From Eledone cirrhosa (lineage: Eukaryota), in contig OZ024742.1 in assembly GCA_964016885.1 (NCBI GenBank), positions 94,612,001 through 94,676,000 of the forward strand: DNA of 64,000 nucleotides, written 5' to 3'. How positions within the stretch are numbered: the first letter of the stretch is position 1; each line of letters starts with the position of its first letter. Under the pieces are notes generated by a model. The model did not search any database. It was not told the DNA's origin and saw only the letters and a program-made list of their open reading frames with translations. The position numbers and the translations under genes were made by a program. Shown one piece after another: positions 41,205-54,159 of the stretch.

Positions 41205-42221
41205 TAAATAAATACAATATCGGAGAAAGCTTTTTAGCGATACTCCGGCCAAATTCCAACTCACTCAACAAACATTAGGAAATAAGTGATTATATTCCTA
41301 ATTAAGCGTTCGGGGTGCTAACTAAAAGTATTGCGTGGAAAATTGGCTGTATTATTTCATATGAACCATATCTAATATATCTCTTCCCAGACGGACGTCT
41401 CGTTTCATTATAGGATTCCTACAATTTGGGTGAAATGATACCAATTTATGTAGGAGCTTGTATACCATCAATAGATATATATTCAAGTGGGCTCCTATAA
41501 TTCATTAGTGGGTGCCCCAATAATACTAATATTGATAATCTAACCAACATCAGTATTTAGCGATAATCATCATCCTCTGTGCCTGAGGTATCTGTCAGGT
41601 TGCCAGTCCAGCAGTTCTAAAGAAGTGCTCAAACTGATTAAAAAAATGAGGAAGTAAATTACCGCCAAAAAAACAATACATGCGCATGACAATGAATTCT
41701 GAAAGGAATTCAGACCATGTGCCATGAACGAAATTGAAAAAATATCTGTGTGTACAACATTTGATGACACACAGATATTTTCTCAGGCAAAATAACAGAA
41801 TGAGCTATAAGGAACAATCAATATTCATATATAAAAAATAAACAAAAAATGCTAACCTTATACCGGGAATTTTTTCGAATCTGCTGCGCCAAGAGTAAAT
41901 AAATAAATACAATATCGGAGAAAGCTTTTTAGCGATACTCCAGCCAAATTCCAACTCACTCAACAAACATTGGGAAATAAGTGATTATATTCCCAATTAT
42001 GCGTTCGGAGTGCTAACTAAAAGTATTGCGTGGAAAATTGGCTGTATTATTTCATATGAGACATATCTAATATATCTCTTCCCAGACGGACGTCTCGTTT
42101 CATTATAGGATTCCTACAATTTGGGTGAAATGATACCAATTTATGTAGGAGCTTGTATACCATCAATAGATATATATTCAAGTTTGGCTCCTATAATTCA
42201 TCAGTGGGTGTCCCAATAATA
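41205..42221 (+). repeat. Structured non-coding repeat, ~1.5 head-to-tail units (695-bp period)
   Basis: CAATATCGGAG at 41215 and 41910; same family as 18111-18790. Confidence 0.9.
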
Positions 42222-44828
42222 CATATATATTTATATTTATATATATATATATTTAAACATATCTTATTTATGTATTTCTCCATAGATCGAGAAAGATTAA
42301 CTGTTTTGGTTACTGTTGTAGCCATCTCCAGAATCTCTATGTGCATCTTCTTTCATTCTGCAGAGAAATGCAAGCATGGAAAAATGGATGTATAATGTTG
42401 ATGATGAAGACAATGTTTACATATACAGATATATAAATGTATGTGTAGGTGTCTGAATACATATTTCTTGTAGCTTTTCTTTAATCCTGTGCTATTTCAG
42501 TACAAATATGAATTTATAGTTTTAATAGAAATACAGCATGTGAGAACGTTAGATTCAGATGCTTTTCTCTTTCTGTTTAGTCATTTGTTTTACTTAAGTC
42601 AATATTTAGCTAAGGAGAGTAATAACTGGGTTATTAACCCTTTTTATTACAAACTGCTTCGAAAACTGCCATGATTCTATGATACAATCACGTTTATTTT
42701 AAAGTGTTTATATTTATCAAATATCCTTCCAGCATAATTTTATTTAAGAACCTTAGTTACATTTCAAACACCATCTTGAAAATGAGAAAGTTAGTTATAT
42801 TACTAAATCTAATTAAATTCTGGATTCTTTTCTTCTTTTGTTTTATATAGATACATCATTTTTAGTAAAATATAATATAAATATTGATTATTTCCAAATT
42901 AAGTTGAAAATCACAGGTAGTGCCTTTCATTAGAAATATGATAACAAAAGGGTCAAATTAAGTAGGTGTGGATATTATTGGTGTTTTTCTGGAACGAAGC
43001 ACTATTTATTGAACCTTAATTCAGTAGAAAACTTTTTCCATTAGAATTTTTATAGATCTGTATGCATCCAATTTAGAATAAATACACCATATCCCTGCAT
43101 GTCAGAAGCAGTGACTAAAAGAATTTGTGCCACGAATAATAACCATGACAAGTTTAATAGAAATTTTTCATGGAGCCCAAAAGGTTAAATGCTACTATGT
43201 TATTTGAGAAAACCAAAGCTACTTGGCTAGCTCAATAACCATTTGGTTATTGTTACGGTTTAGCCCGAGTTCAACCATGAGCATCCTATCTTTTTTTTTT
43301 TTTTTTCAAACAATGGTTTTTAAGACAATAAAATGTAATTTACAGATTATTTTGCTGCTAATTATAGCAAGTCAAATGACTACATAGTCACACATAGTCA
43401 CAATCCAATGAGGGGATTTTATATGATCACTTAATCTGTTAGAAATAGCAGTCAAATCACCTTCAGATCACATCCTATCAACTTAAAAAAAGTATATTGG
43501 ATAATGTGGTTCTGGATTGCATGTACACAAGAAGAAATGCGATGGCCATGTCTGGTATGTATTTGATCATAATTCTACTTGATCAATGTGTACCTGGGGC
43601 TAAACAACAATCTCAGAAATGTACTGCCACCAGGCAAATTATATAACTTGCTTCATTTAGTCAAGCTGACTGAAAATTTGTGCTACTTCTAATTCAATTG
43701 AATTGTTGCAGTATGGAAGGACATCCACCTATAAAAATCAATTTGCTCCACCAATAGACAAATATTCCAATTTTCTAACTATGTTATCATGGTAATCTGA
43801 ATGTAAATCAGTGTCTGTGTATATATACATATATTATATACATACACTAACACGCATATCAAAATAAACCATGAATATATACATGTGATTGTATGTACAT
43901 CATAATAACCTAAGCCATGCAGGTATGCCTATATCTCTATAGATATATACAGTATATATGTATAATCATGATCATAATCATAAATGACTGAAATCAGTAA
44001 AAAAAAGAAAATAATATATATAAAATGAGTACCAAGAGACTGGATATATATATATCATCATCATCATCATCATCACGGCTAACCCATGCTAGCATGGGTT
44101 AGCCGTGTTGTCCTGTTGTGGGTAATGGTATGTCAGCTGACCTTGTCTTGCTCATATATATATATATATACATATTATTCAACTTCAGAAAGTAGAGTAT
44201 AAATATTGCCATATGATTGTAAAAACCTCATGGTCAAGCTTAAGACATTTTGATGGTTCTCCAACTTATAACAATATGTATGTATGTATGTATGTGAGTG
44301 AGTGTGTGTATGTGCCTGTATTTGTGTATATTTGTGTATATCTTAGTAACATAACAAAACAAAATCAAGAACATAATTACCAGACTTGAAAAAATAAGTA
44401 CTGCAGTCAATATGATCAACTAAATCCCATAAAAGGAATGCAGCATCATGGCTACTACCTAATAACTGAAACCAGTAAAAGAGTTTAAGAGTATCGAAAG
44501 TATAGAAGGAAGAGAATCCTGGAATCTAAATAAGTTATTGTAACAAAATACAGAATTGTAGTTAAACACTGTCTTCCATCTACCACCTACCTTCAAATTC
44601 CAAATATAAATTGATAGTCTGGTATTCAACAATTTACAGATTGACACTTTACAGGTCATTCAAAAGCAAATATTGTTTTTTGTCCGATATGTATATATAT
44701 ATATATAAGGATGATGATGATATATGTATGTAAGTGCTTGTGTGTTTATGAATGCAGATACACATATATATATATATATACATATATAAATATATATATA
44801 TATATATATTATATAATATATATATACG

Positions 44829-44876
<48 letters not shown>

Positions 44877-44904
44877 GTAATAATAATGAATTTGAAGACT
44901 AATT

Positions 44905-44905
44905 G

Positions 44906-44977
<72 letters not shown>

Positions 44978-45220
44978 TACATATACATATATGTATATAT
45001 ATATATGCATATATATATGCATACATATATATATATACACATATACATATATATATATATATACACATATACATATATATATATATATACACATATACAT
45101 ATATATATATATATACACATATACATATATATATATATATACACATATACATATATATATATATATACACATATACATATATATATATATATACACATAT
45201 ACATATATATATATATATAT
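44905..45220. repeat. (TA)n and ATACACATATACATATATAT-type minisatellite
   Basis: Direct inspection. Confidence 0.9.
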
Positions 45221-45273
45221 ACCCTGCGAGCAGGGAAGAGCGGACATAAAAAAATAAATATGTGTGTGTGTGA

Positions 45274-45313
<40 letters not shown>

Positions 45314-46092
45314 TCAAAGATACATATATTTTTATATTTATATATATAAAGAGAGAGACATATTGTTATATAGATAGATACATAGTGAGGTAGATAAATA
45401 GATATATATGTAATTATGCATATATAGATATATAGATATTTATACAAAAATCCAATTTCCTACACTTTATAAAAATACAAATGAACAAATAAAACTGAAA
45501 AAAATACCCCAATAAATAAACATACAAAAAAAAAACCTTCACCTTCACATATATAATGAGGAACTCTTTCAAGTGTGGAATGGAAATTGCTTCTAGCTCC
45601 TGGCTCTAAGTCTTTAGAACATTTCGTAAATTAAAATTGTGCTGTTATTAAAATTTGAATGAGGGGATGTGAGAGATGGTGCACTGTGGTGGGGACTGGG
45701 GTTATGGTTGGAGGATATAAAAATAAATAAGTATTAGTAAGATTGTAAAAAGAGAAAGAATGAACAAAAACATCAGCTGAAATTTAAATTTGATCATGAT
45801 GATAGTAGTGGTGATGATGGTGATGATGATGATTGTAGAGGTGATGATGGTGATGATGATGATTGTGGTGGCTGTGTTGGTGGTGATGATGATGGTGATG
45901 AGGTGGAGAATCAACCAAGAATGAAAATGTCAATATTAAAAAAACAAAATATCAAACTTTAGTTCTGTTGTGATGCACTGTAACGTTTCCAAAACTCCTA
46001 CCACAAAACTTTGCATGTATCCAAGGCACATAGAGCTGTGCTCAATAAGTCCATGAAAGCACTCAATAAAAATATAACAAGTGAAATAATCG

Positions 46093-46277
46093 TTTCTACT
46101 TTTTGGCACAAGGCCAGCAATTACCCAGTGATTACTGGTACTTTATTTTATCGACCTCGTAAGGATGAAAGGCAAAGTTAACCTCAGTGGGATTTGAACT
46201 CAGACCATAAAGGGACGTAACTATGCTCGAAAGCATGGCGTCCGACCCTCTACCGATACTGCCAATGAACCACCCTG
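46093..46277 (-). mobile_element. tRNA-derived Meta-domain SINE, best copy
   Basis: Minus strand: TGGCAGTATCGG (A box), GAGTTCAAATCC (B box), GCCTTTCATCCTTACGAGGTCGATAAAATAAAGTACCAG (Meta-like domain). Confidence 0.8.
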
Positions 46278-46809
46278 TGAAATAATGATCATAATGATAA
46301 TCATTTGTTTAAGTATTTATCTAATTTATTTGTGATAATAATAATAATAGTAATAAGGATTACTCGCACAGGGCTCACATTAAGAAAACATTAAAGACAG
46401 CTTAGGACGATACTCTGTGGTGTCTTCTTTTGTGTAAACTAAAATTTGTAACAGAGACTAAGAAAATAGGTTATCCAGATGGTACTTATTTAGGGTATTC
46501 TGTAGGGAAATAGATAAACCTAGTATAGGTTGTCCACAATTCAAAGTAGTCCACAGACCAGAAATTTCTGATGTGTAATCAATCTAGATAGGTTTCATAG
46601 ACAGGGGCCTGTTTAATACAAGATGAATGGAACGTTCCTGGTGTGGAAATATTACAAAGATCTGATTAGTGCATTTCTTATGTTTGTTTTTTTTAAATGT
46701 TTATTTTCTTGCAGCTATATCCACTTGGCAGTATGCCAATATTTTGATGTGAAAATGAACAAGAATTGCTATACACATGCGTTTTGTCCATCCAAGCTGA
46801 CAAAGACAT

Positions 46810-47120
46810 CAAGGAAAACCATCCAGATATAATGATCAAGGACTAGGAATTAAAAATTAAAAAAAATATCTACACTGATAGACATTGCAATCTCTTCTGA
46901 CCAGAATATTGACTGAAACAGTAGGTATAGGTGTCCTTAAATTGAAATATACATGGTACAGTACATGCAGATTATTACAGTGCTAATAATAATTGGAGCA
47001 CTAAGTATGATAAGGAAAATGTCTGAACAAAATTATACATGCTATACCAGGGCTTCCAGCACTATACCTTATCAAAAAAAAATAGCTCAGATGGAAACCT
47101 TTCACATCCAGCACATGATA
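46810..47120 (+). mobile_element. Degenerate R4/Dong-like LINE restriction-like endonuclease fragment
   Basis: HPDIMIKD...TLIDIAISSDQNI...IIIGALSMIRK. Confidence 0.5.
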
Positions 47121-47440
47121 TCATTGATTCTATATCACCACAAATAGCAACCTTCACACATCTAATACAATAAGCAACTAATAAAATAAATAAGAATACA
47201 CAACCTACCACCATTTATAACAGAACAAACAGTAAAATATCACTGAAACTACAAGCTGAATCTCCTAAAAAAAACAAAAAAAAGTACACTAAGAAGAGAT
47301 GTCTATACTTTCCCTATGCCCACAAAAATAAGAATGTTCAATGCTGCACATACCTCATGAACACGGAGGTTCACCAGATGATGTAGGAGAACCTCACAAG
47401 AAATTTTTTAAAAATAAAAAGTAATAGCACTAACACTAAT

Positions 47441-47590
47441 TCTTCTTCTTCTTCTTCTTCTTCTTCTTCTTCTTCTTCTTCTTCTTCTTCTTCTTCTTCT
47501 TCTTCTTCGCCCACTTATTCCTGGAGTCGTGGGGTCAGAGTCCTCAAACACTCCTTCCAGCAGGCCCTGTCAGAAGCAACCATCTCCAAT
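47441..47590 (-). mobile_element. 3' tip of an RTE-type LINE with (GAA)n tail
   Basis: Minus strand EMVASDRACWKECLRTL..* followed directly by a long (GAA)n run. Confidence 0.55.
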
Positions 47591-47672
47591 ATAATTCTTT
47601 CTTACAATCAAATTGTAGAGTGTAAATTTTACTGATGCACTAACGATTTTGCCACTGCACAACTCTAATAAT

Positions 47673-48320
47673 TGTTTCTACTTTTGGCACAAGGCCAGCA
47701 ATCACCCAGTCTATTACTGGTACTTTATTTTATCGACCCCGTAAGGATGAAAGGCAAAGTTAACCTTCTTTATAATATTGATACAAGACCAGCATTTTGG
47801 GAGAAGGGATGTTGATTACATTGACAATTGGTACTTATTTAAGCAAAGTTGACTTGAACTTAGAATGTAGAAAGTTTTATGTATATACTACAAAGCATTA
47901 TGTTTAATACTCTACTGATACAACACCAAATACCTACATCGGTAACAAAATATCTGTTGTGGTTTGATTGGAATATACTTATACTGGTTAAAAGATCAAT
48001 GCTGTGCATCGGCAACAATACTATTAATGGTTTCTAATTTAGACACATAGTCAGCAATTTGAAGGGAGGAGAAAGTTGAATAATTCGACTCTATTATCAG
48101 ACTACGGGGTCGATAACATAAAGTACCAGTAATGCACTGGGTAATTGCTGGCCTTGTGCCAAAAAGTAGAAACAATTATTAGAGTAGTACTTTATTTTAT
48201 CAACCACAGAGGGATGAAGAGCAAAGCTGACCTTGGCAGGATTTGAACACAAGATGTAAAAAGCAAAAATATATGACTCAAAGTATTTTGACTGCTTCTC
48301 TAATGAATCTGCTAATCCAC
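47673..48320. mobile_element. Cluster of Meta-domain SINE fragments on both strands
   Basis: CTGGTACTTTATTTTATCGACCCCG (~47720) and GGGGTCGATAACATAAAGTACCAG (~48106). Confidence 0.7.
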
Positions 48321-48409
48321 TTCTCTAGCAACAGCCACAACAATAACAATAATAACATTAACAATAATAATAATAATAATAATAATAGTAATAACAAATA
48401 ATAATTCTA

Positions 48410-48770
48410 TGTGACTTTGCAGCAATCCATTGAAATTCCTCCATAGAACGGAGAAGAGATATTATACTAGTTGTTGACTGCATTATAATTGACACTGCTG
48501 TACCTGGTGGCCACAATATTGTTGAAAAGGAATTAAAACAAATCCCAACAAAAATATTTTATACATAATGTAAAGTTAGATGAGAGCTCTCAAGATTGAG
48601 AAGAAGGACAACAAGTGTGGCACCAGTAACAGATGGAGCAGTAAGATTTATGCCCAACAACCTTCCATTCTAGCTTGAACAGCAAGATACAAATAAAAAC
48701 AAGCATTAACGCTATACCAATGTTGGTATGTTTGGAATTGCCAATATTATAAGAATATTTTAAGTACTTG
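48410..48770 (+). mobile_element. Degenerate R4/Dong-like endonuclease fragment
   Basis: RRRDIILV..CIIIDTAVPGGHNIVEKE..PVTDGAV. Confidence 0.4.
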
Positions 48771-49037
48771 CTGTCTGAAGTCTTCAGGCCTACAGAAGGG
48801 AAGAAGCATTATTTTCTTTCTTTTCTGATTTCAGAAGCCAACATATACCGTATATATATATATGCAATATACAACTCACACACACACACATATATATATA
48901 CAATGTATATATACGTACATATATATATGTGCATGTATGTGTATATATCTATGTATATATATATATATATATATCATCATCATCATCTTCGTTTAACGTC
49001 CATCTTCCACACTAGCATGGGTTACATATATATATAA

Positions 49038-49116
<79 letters not shown>

Positions 49117-51234
49117 CTTATATATATAAATACTGAAATGAAGTCCTCAGATATGACTGATGTACATTCGATTGTTTTCCCACTCACTCAATGCTTTAAT
49201 TAAGCCAGTATCATTAAGATACCAACCTAAACAGTGCCCACTAATATGCTAAATGTATATACATATATATATATAATTGTGTGTATATATATATATATAT
49301 ATACATCTAGTTGAGTTAGGAAATATTGGGGAAATTTGCAATGTAAAATATTGTTTCTTACCTCAACTAGATCTTCTCACTTCTTGCTACAGGCTTTAGT
49401 TTTTCTAAAAGTTAACAATTGTTGACCAGGGGACCCCTACTGTAATGGTTAACAACCTCATCCCACAAATTGCAATGGTTAATTCCTCACAGATACCTTT
49501 GTCCACGTTTTCCTGTTTCTAAGTGTACTTTACCCAATTTTCTCTCTTCATGCTTAGACAATCAATCAGGGTAAGCCTATTGAGCCTCTTCAATCTAGCT
49601 ACTCTCAGCCACCTTTCATAAAACACACTAGAAAGCAGCACTTCCCTCCCTACTCTCATCTTCTCCTTCACATATTCCCTGAAGAAATTGATAAGGGCTT
49701 GGAAAGAGTGTTAAATTCTTGTCCTCAAAATTCTTTGTCGCATCCACCATACTTCTTCTTTCTAATAATAATAATAATTGTTTATTATTCATAAGTCTGA
49801 CTAAGCAGAAACTTAGGAGCTCTAAAAGGACTGAAACATCATCATTTTTTTTTTTTTTTTTGCTAAAGAGTTTTGACAAATGGAATTGCCAGAGATGGCC
49901 TAAGTCAATTGGAAGCCTAGGGAGTCAGGTTAATACAGTCCTGCCCATTTGTTTATACTCTTTGTTTTTGTCTGCATTGGCCAATTTATTTTATGTCTTT
50001 ACATCCTGTAGTGCATTAAACATACATTAAGAAGAGACAACTTCATTGAAAATTATAAAACATTTACAATTTTAGTTTATGGCAAATTTTCCCTAATGAT
50101 CTGTTCATTAGTAAATATACTATAATCATTTCAATTAAAAACAAAGCCTGTTTTGAAATATTTTCTTGTAAATCACAATTGAATGTTCAGTTTGTATGTT
50201 ATTCTATATTTTCTACGAAATTTCTATATGTTCCACAAAAGTACTAAACCAAACATTTCTCTCTCTTTTTCTCCCCATTCTTCCCTTTCTTATCCTTTCA
50301 CTTCGTTTTCCTTCTCTTCTTGTACATTTTATCATTTTTGCATGCGCATTCTCTCTCTCTCACTCTTTCTCATACATTTTCTCATTATTCAATATGCTCA
50401 ACCATCCCTTCTTTACACACACAAACCATACACATGCATATACACATTAACATAAGGACATAGAAAATACACATACACATACATCATGGACAAAACACAC
50501 ACACACTAATCCCCCCACCACCACCACATACATACTACACACATACAACTATATACACTACAGACATATTCACCATTTCTATCTCTGCAATAATACACCC
50601 AGTACATTCAGCACTAGTTTTCACCTAATTATTAAGTCTTATTACCAATCCACCTCTCTTCAACTCTCTTTCATTTTTTTCTGCTCTGCCCTCATCTATG
50701 CTTTCCCTCCTACTTCCTCTTGCCCTCCACCCCAATATTCCGGTATATTCTACACCAGTCAATTCTCAGCTCACCACACATGGACATTTTTTGAGTTTAT
50801 TATTATACTAATCACTTTAGCCATTAATAATGCAATTGTGGCTGTTATGGAACAGCACGCACACACACACCAACAACACCACACACACACACACACACAG
50901 AAATACCAAACACATACAATCATACAAACTTCACAAACACACATTACACACAAGCACCACACATACACACAACAGTACATATCCTCACCTCTCTCACACA
51001 CACAAACACCATATACGTATACTGTACACTATTAACTCACATGATATATAAATACATACATCACAAAAACATCCACTCCATACCACATCAAATACATTTA
51101 CACATACAAGCACCAAACATATATATCCATACATAGATACACAGCCACACTTCAGCTAAAAGCTCTACCAGGTAATCACACATATAATCATACTTATAGA
51201 CAAATGCATACATTTACACTCAGGCATATGTATG

Positions 51235-51271
<37 letters not shown>

Positions 51272-52488
51272 ATAGGGCCAATAACACAAATACACACACA
51301 TACACATATATAAATGCATATACATGCACTTGTTGACACTTATCTTCCAACATACCCACATATTAATACTTATTACTGAACAGAAATACATAAATTCCCA
51401 TCATCATCATCATTACATACTCACACTCTAACACACAAGTGAATAAAACACGAAATATTTTCATTAAAATATAATTTGTAAAATGGTGTAACCGATCAAA
51501 TTTGTTTCCAATTAATTTTTTTTTTTTTTGTCGTGGTTAATGAAACAGAAAGCTGAAATAACTCATTAACAGCTAACGAAGCTGAGAAATTAGTCATGGT
51601 CAAGCTATTGTCAGCTGTTGTTATTAGTAATAGTAGTTGTAGCAGTAGTAGTATTAATAGTAGTAGCAGCTAGTGAACATATTGTAGTGGGGCGCACATG
51701 TGCATATCTAATACTGGTGTTGTATTAATGATTTTTGTGACTCCATTGGGTCATAGAGAGCAATGCATGATGACACTATCTACAGAAAGTAAGCCTGCTG
51801 GAGCCCACCTCTTGCTTGTGGGCCAAGCTAGCAAAATATTTTACTGATTATACACTTCATTAGGCACAGCATAACTGTGTGGTTAAGAAGTTTGCTTCAA
51901 TCACGTGGTTTAAGGTTCACTCCCATTGAATGCCAATTTCTTCAGATACCGTGTACTACAACTATATGGTTATCATCATCATCATTGTTTTAACAGCAAC
52001 ATATTTAACATGGTTTGGAGACAATTTTTTGAAGCAGTATTTTACAACCAGAAGCCATTCCCCGTACCAACACGTTTAATCACTTTTTACAACATGCAAA
52101 AATCACACAGATACACTACACACCTACTATCTATACACGCCACATATATATGCATGTCTTTGTTTGTATTTACTGTTTGTTTAAATCTCATAATTAGTGA
52201 TTCAACAAAGAGAGATAATAAAGAAAAGTACCTGACTTGTAAGAAAAATGTATAGAAGTTGATATGATCAATTAATTACAGCTCTTAAAGGTGATGCCTC
52301 AATATGGCCCCAGTCTAATGATTGAGATGCGTAAAAGAAAACACTGTGGCGATCAAAATATTACAATTGATGCTGAAGATAGCTGGTGTAGAACCAGGAG
52401 AAGAAACATTTCTTCCTACTATTGTTGATAAAAGTATTTTATAGAGAGCTGAATATGAGTTGTTTAGCAATATTTAGGATCTTCTATT

Positions 52489-52583
<95 letters not shown>

Positions 52584-54159
52584 ATGCATATCCTGGTGTT
52601 TAGAATAGATATACCATGTCATTGCATATCAAGAGAAATAACTGAAACTGTTGGCATTAAGAAGGGTAAAACATTACCTCAAAATATTCCATCCAACAGA
52701 GCCAGCATGGAAAATTGGATATAAACACAATGATGATGATGATGATGATGGTAATACCAAGTATCACTATCACCATTATGGTCAACCACCATAATGATGT
52801 ATAGTGAAATTTCATGGGCACAGCATGGCTAAATGGTTATGAAACCAACTTTTCAATTATAATGTCTAAGAGGGCAGGTTTCTGTGGTTGACTGAAGTTG
52901 GGAGCAGCGTATAGCACAACCAACTAGCCAGATCCTCCCCACAATGGTGCCACCCAATTCCACACTGTGAATGTGGTTGGTGCTAGGGAGAGCATTCAGC
53001 GGCCATAAAAAAAAACAACCAACACACAGTCCCAATATGTGCAAGGTACAGCGCAACCATCTGGCCGGACTTGTCATGTACCAGGACCAACCAGTAACAT
53101 GGCTCCATTATGAATAAGGCTTGGCATGGCCAACTGACCTGACCTCCCTTACAATCGGACCTCCTAGCTCCCAAATCATGGTTCTGATGTCAACAGTTTA
53201 TGGAGCAGCGAACTGGCCAAACCCTCCTCATAACGGCGCCACCCAGTTTCACAATGTAAACATTGTTGGTGTTAAGAAGGGCATCCATCTGTAAACAACC
53301 CAGCCAAAATAGTGTTCCGTCTGAGAAAAATATGGCACAACCACCTAGCAGACTTGTCTCACATTGTGGGTGACTCATCTAACCCGTGAAAGCATGGAAA
53401 AATAGATGTTAAACATTGATGGTATATATACCCTTGCAAGCAGGGAAAAGCAGACGTGAAATGAGGATGATGATGATATACATACATAAATATCTAGCTG
53501 TATAAATATATATATATAGCTCCCCGTCTAACCCATGCTAGCGTGGAAGAACGGACGTAAAACGGTGATGATGATGATGATGAGCTGTATATATATATGT
53601 ATGTAAATATATATATATAGCTGTATATATATATATATATGTAAATATATATAATATCCACGTGATATCTAATGTTTTGCAACGTGAAACTGGACAGTTA
53701 GGGCCATTTGAATAGGTAAATATTCATATTATATTTTTTTAATTTTGATTAATTTTAATTGTATATTAATTTTGATTTATTTTGAAAAATTGGTTGAATT
53801 TTACTTCTTCTGCTTATCTTGATATTAAGTTCTGGTATATCAAATTATTACCATTGAACCACCTTAAATCATAGACACACTATATATTTCCTGGGGTACA
53901 TTGTACCCTCAGATATATATTAACCTTATTCAATATTCTCCAAGTATGTAGAGAAAAATCCTGTCGTTCTATTTAGTTGCTAAAAATCTTTTTTGGTAGC
54001 GATCATAGACGACCAGTCTACGATTTCCCGCCTTCACTATACACCAACGTATTTATGGGTCACTTTCACGACCTTTCAGACCTGTATTAGTTGGAGTGAG
54101 GTCATATATTTTATCGTTCCTGGGGTTTTTAACCCTAGGATAGGAAAATGCTTCTCTGA

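Noticed and set aside
52369-52430. CTGAAGA...ctgg/ccag...GAAAca HHR-like motif
   Set aside because: Stem I cannot be formed and the base of stem II is unpaired.
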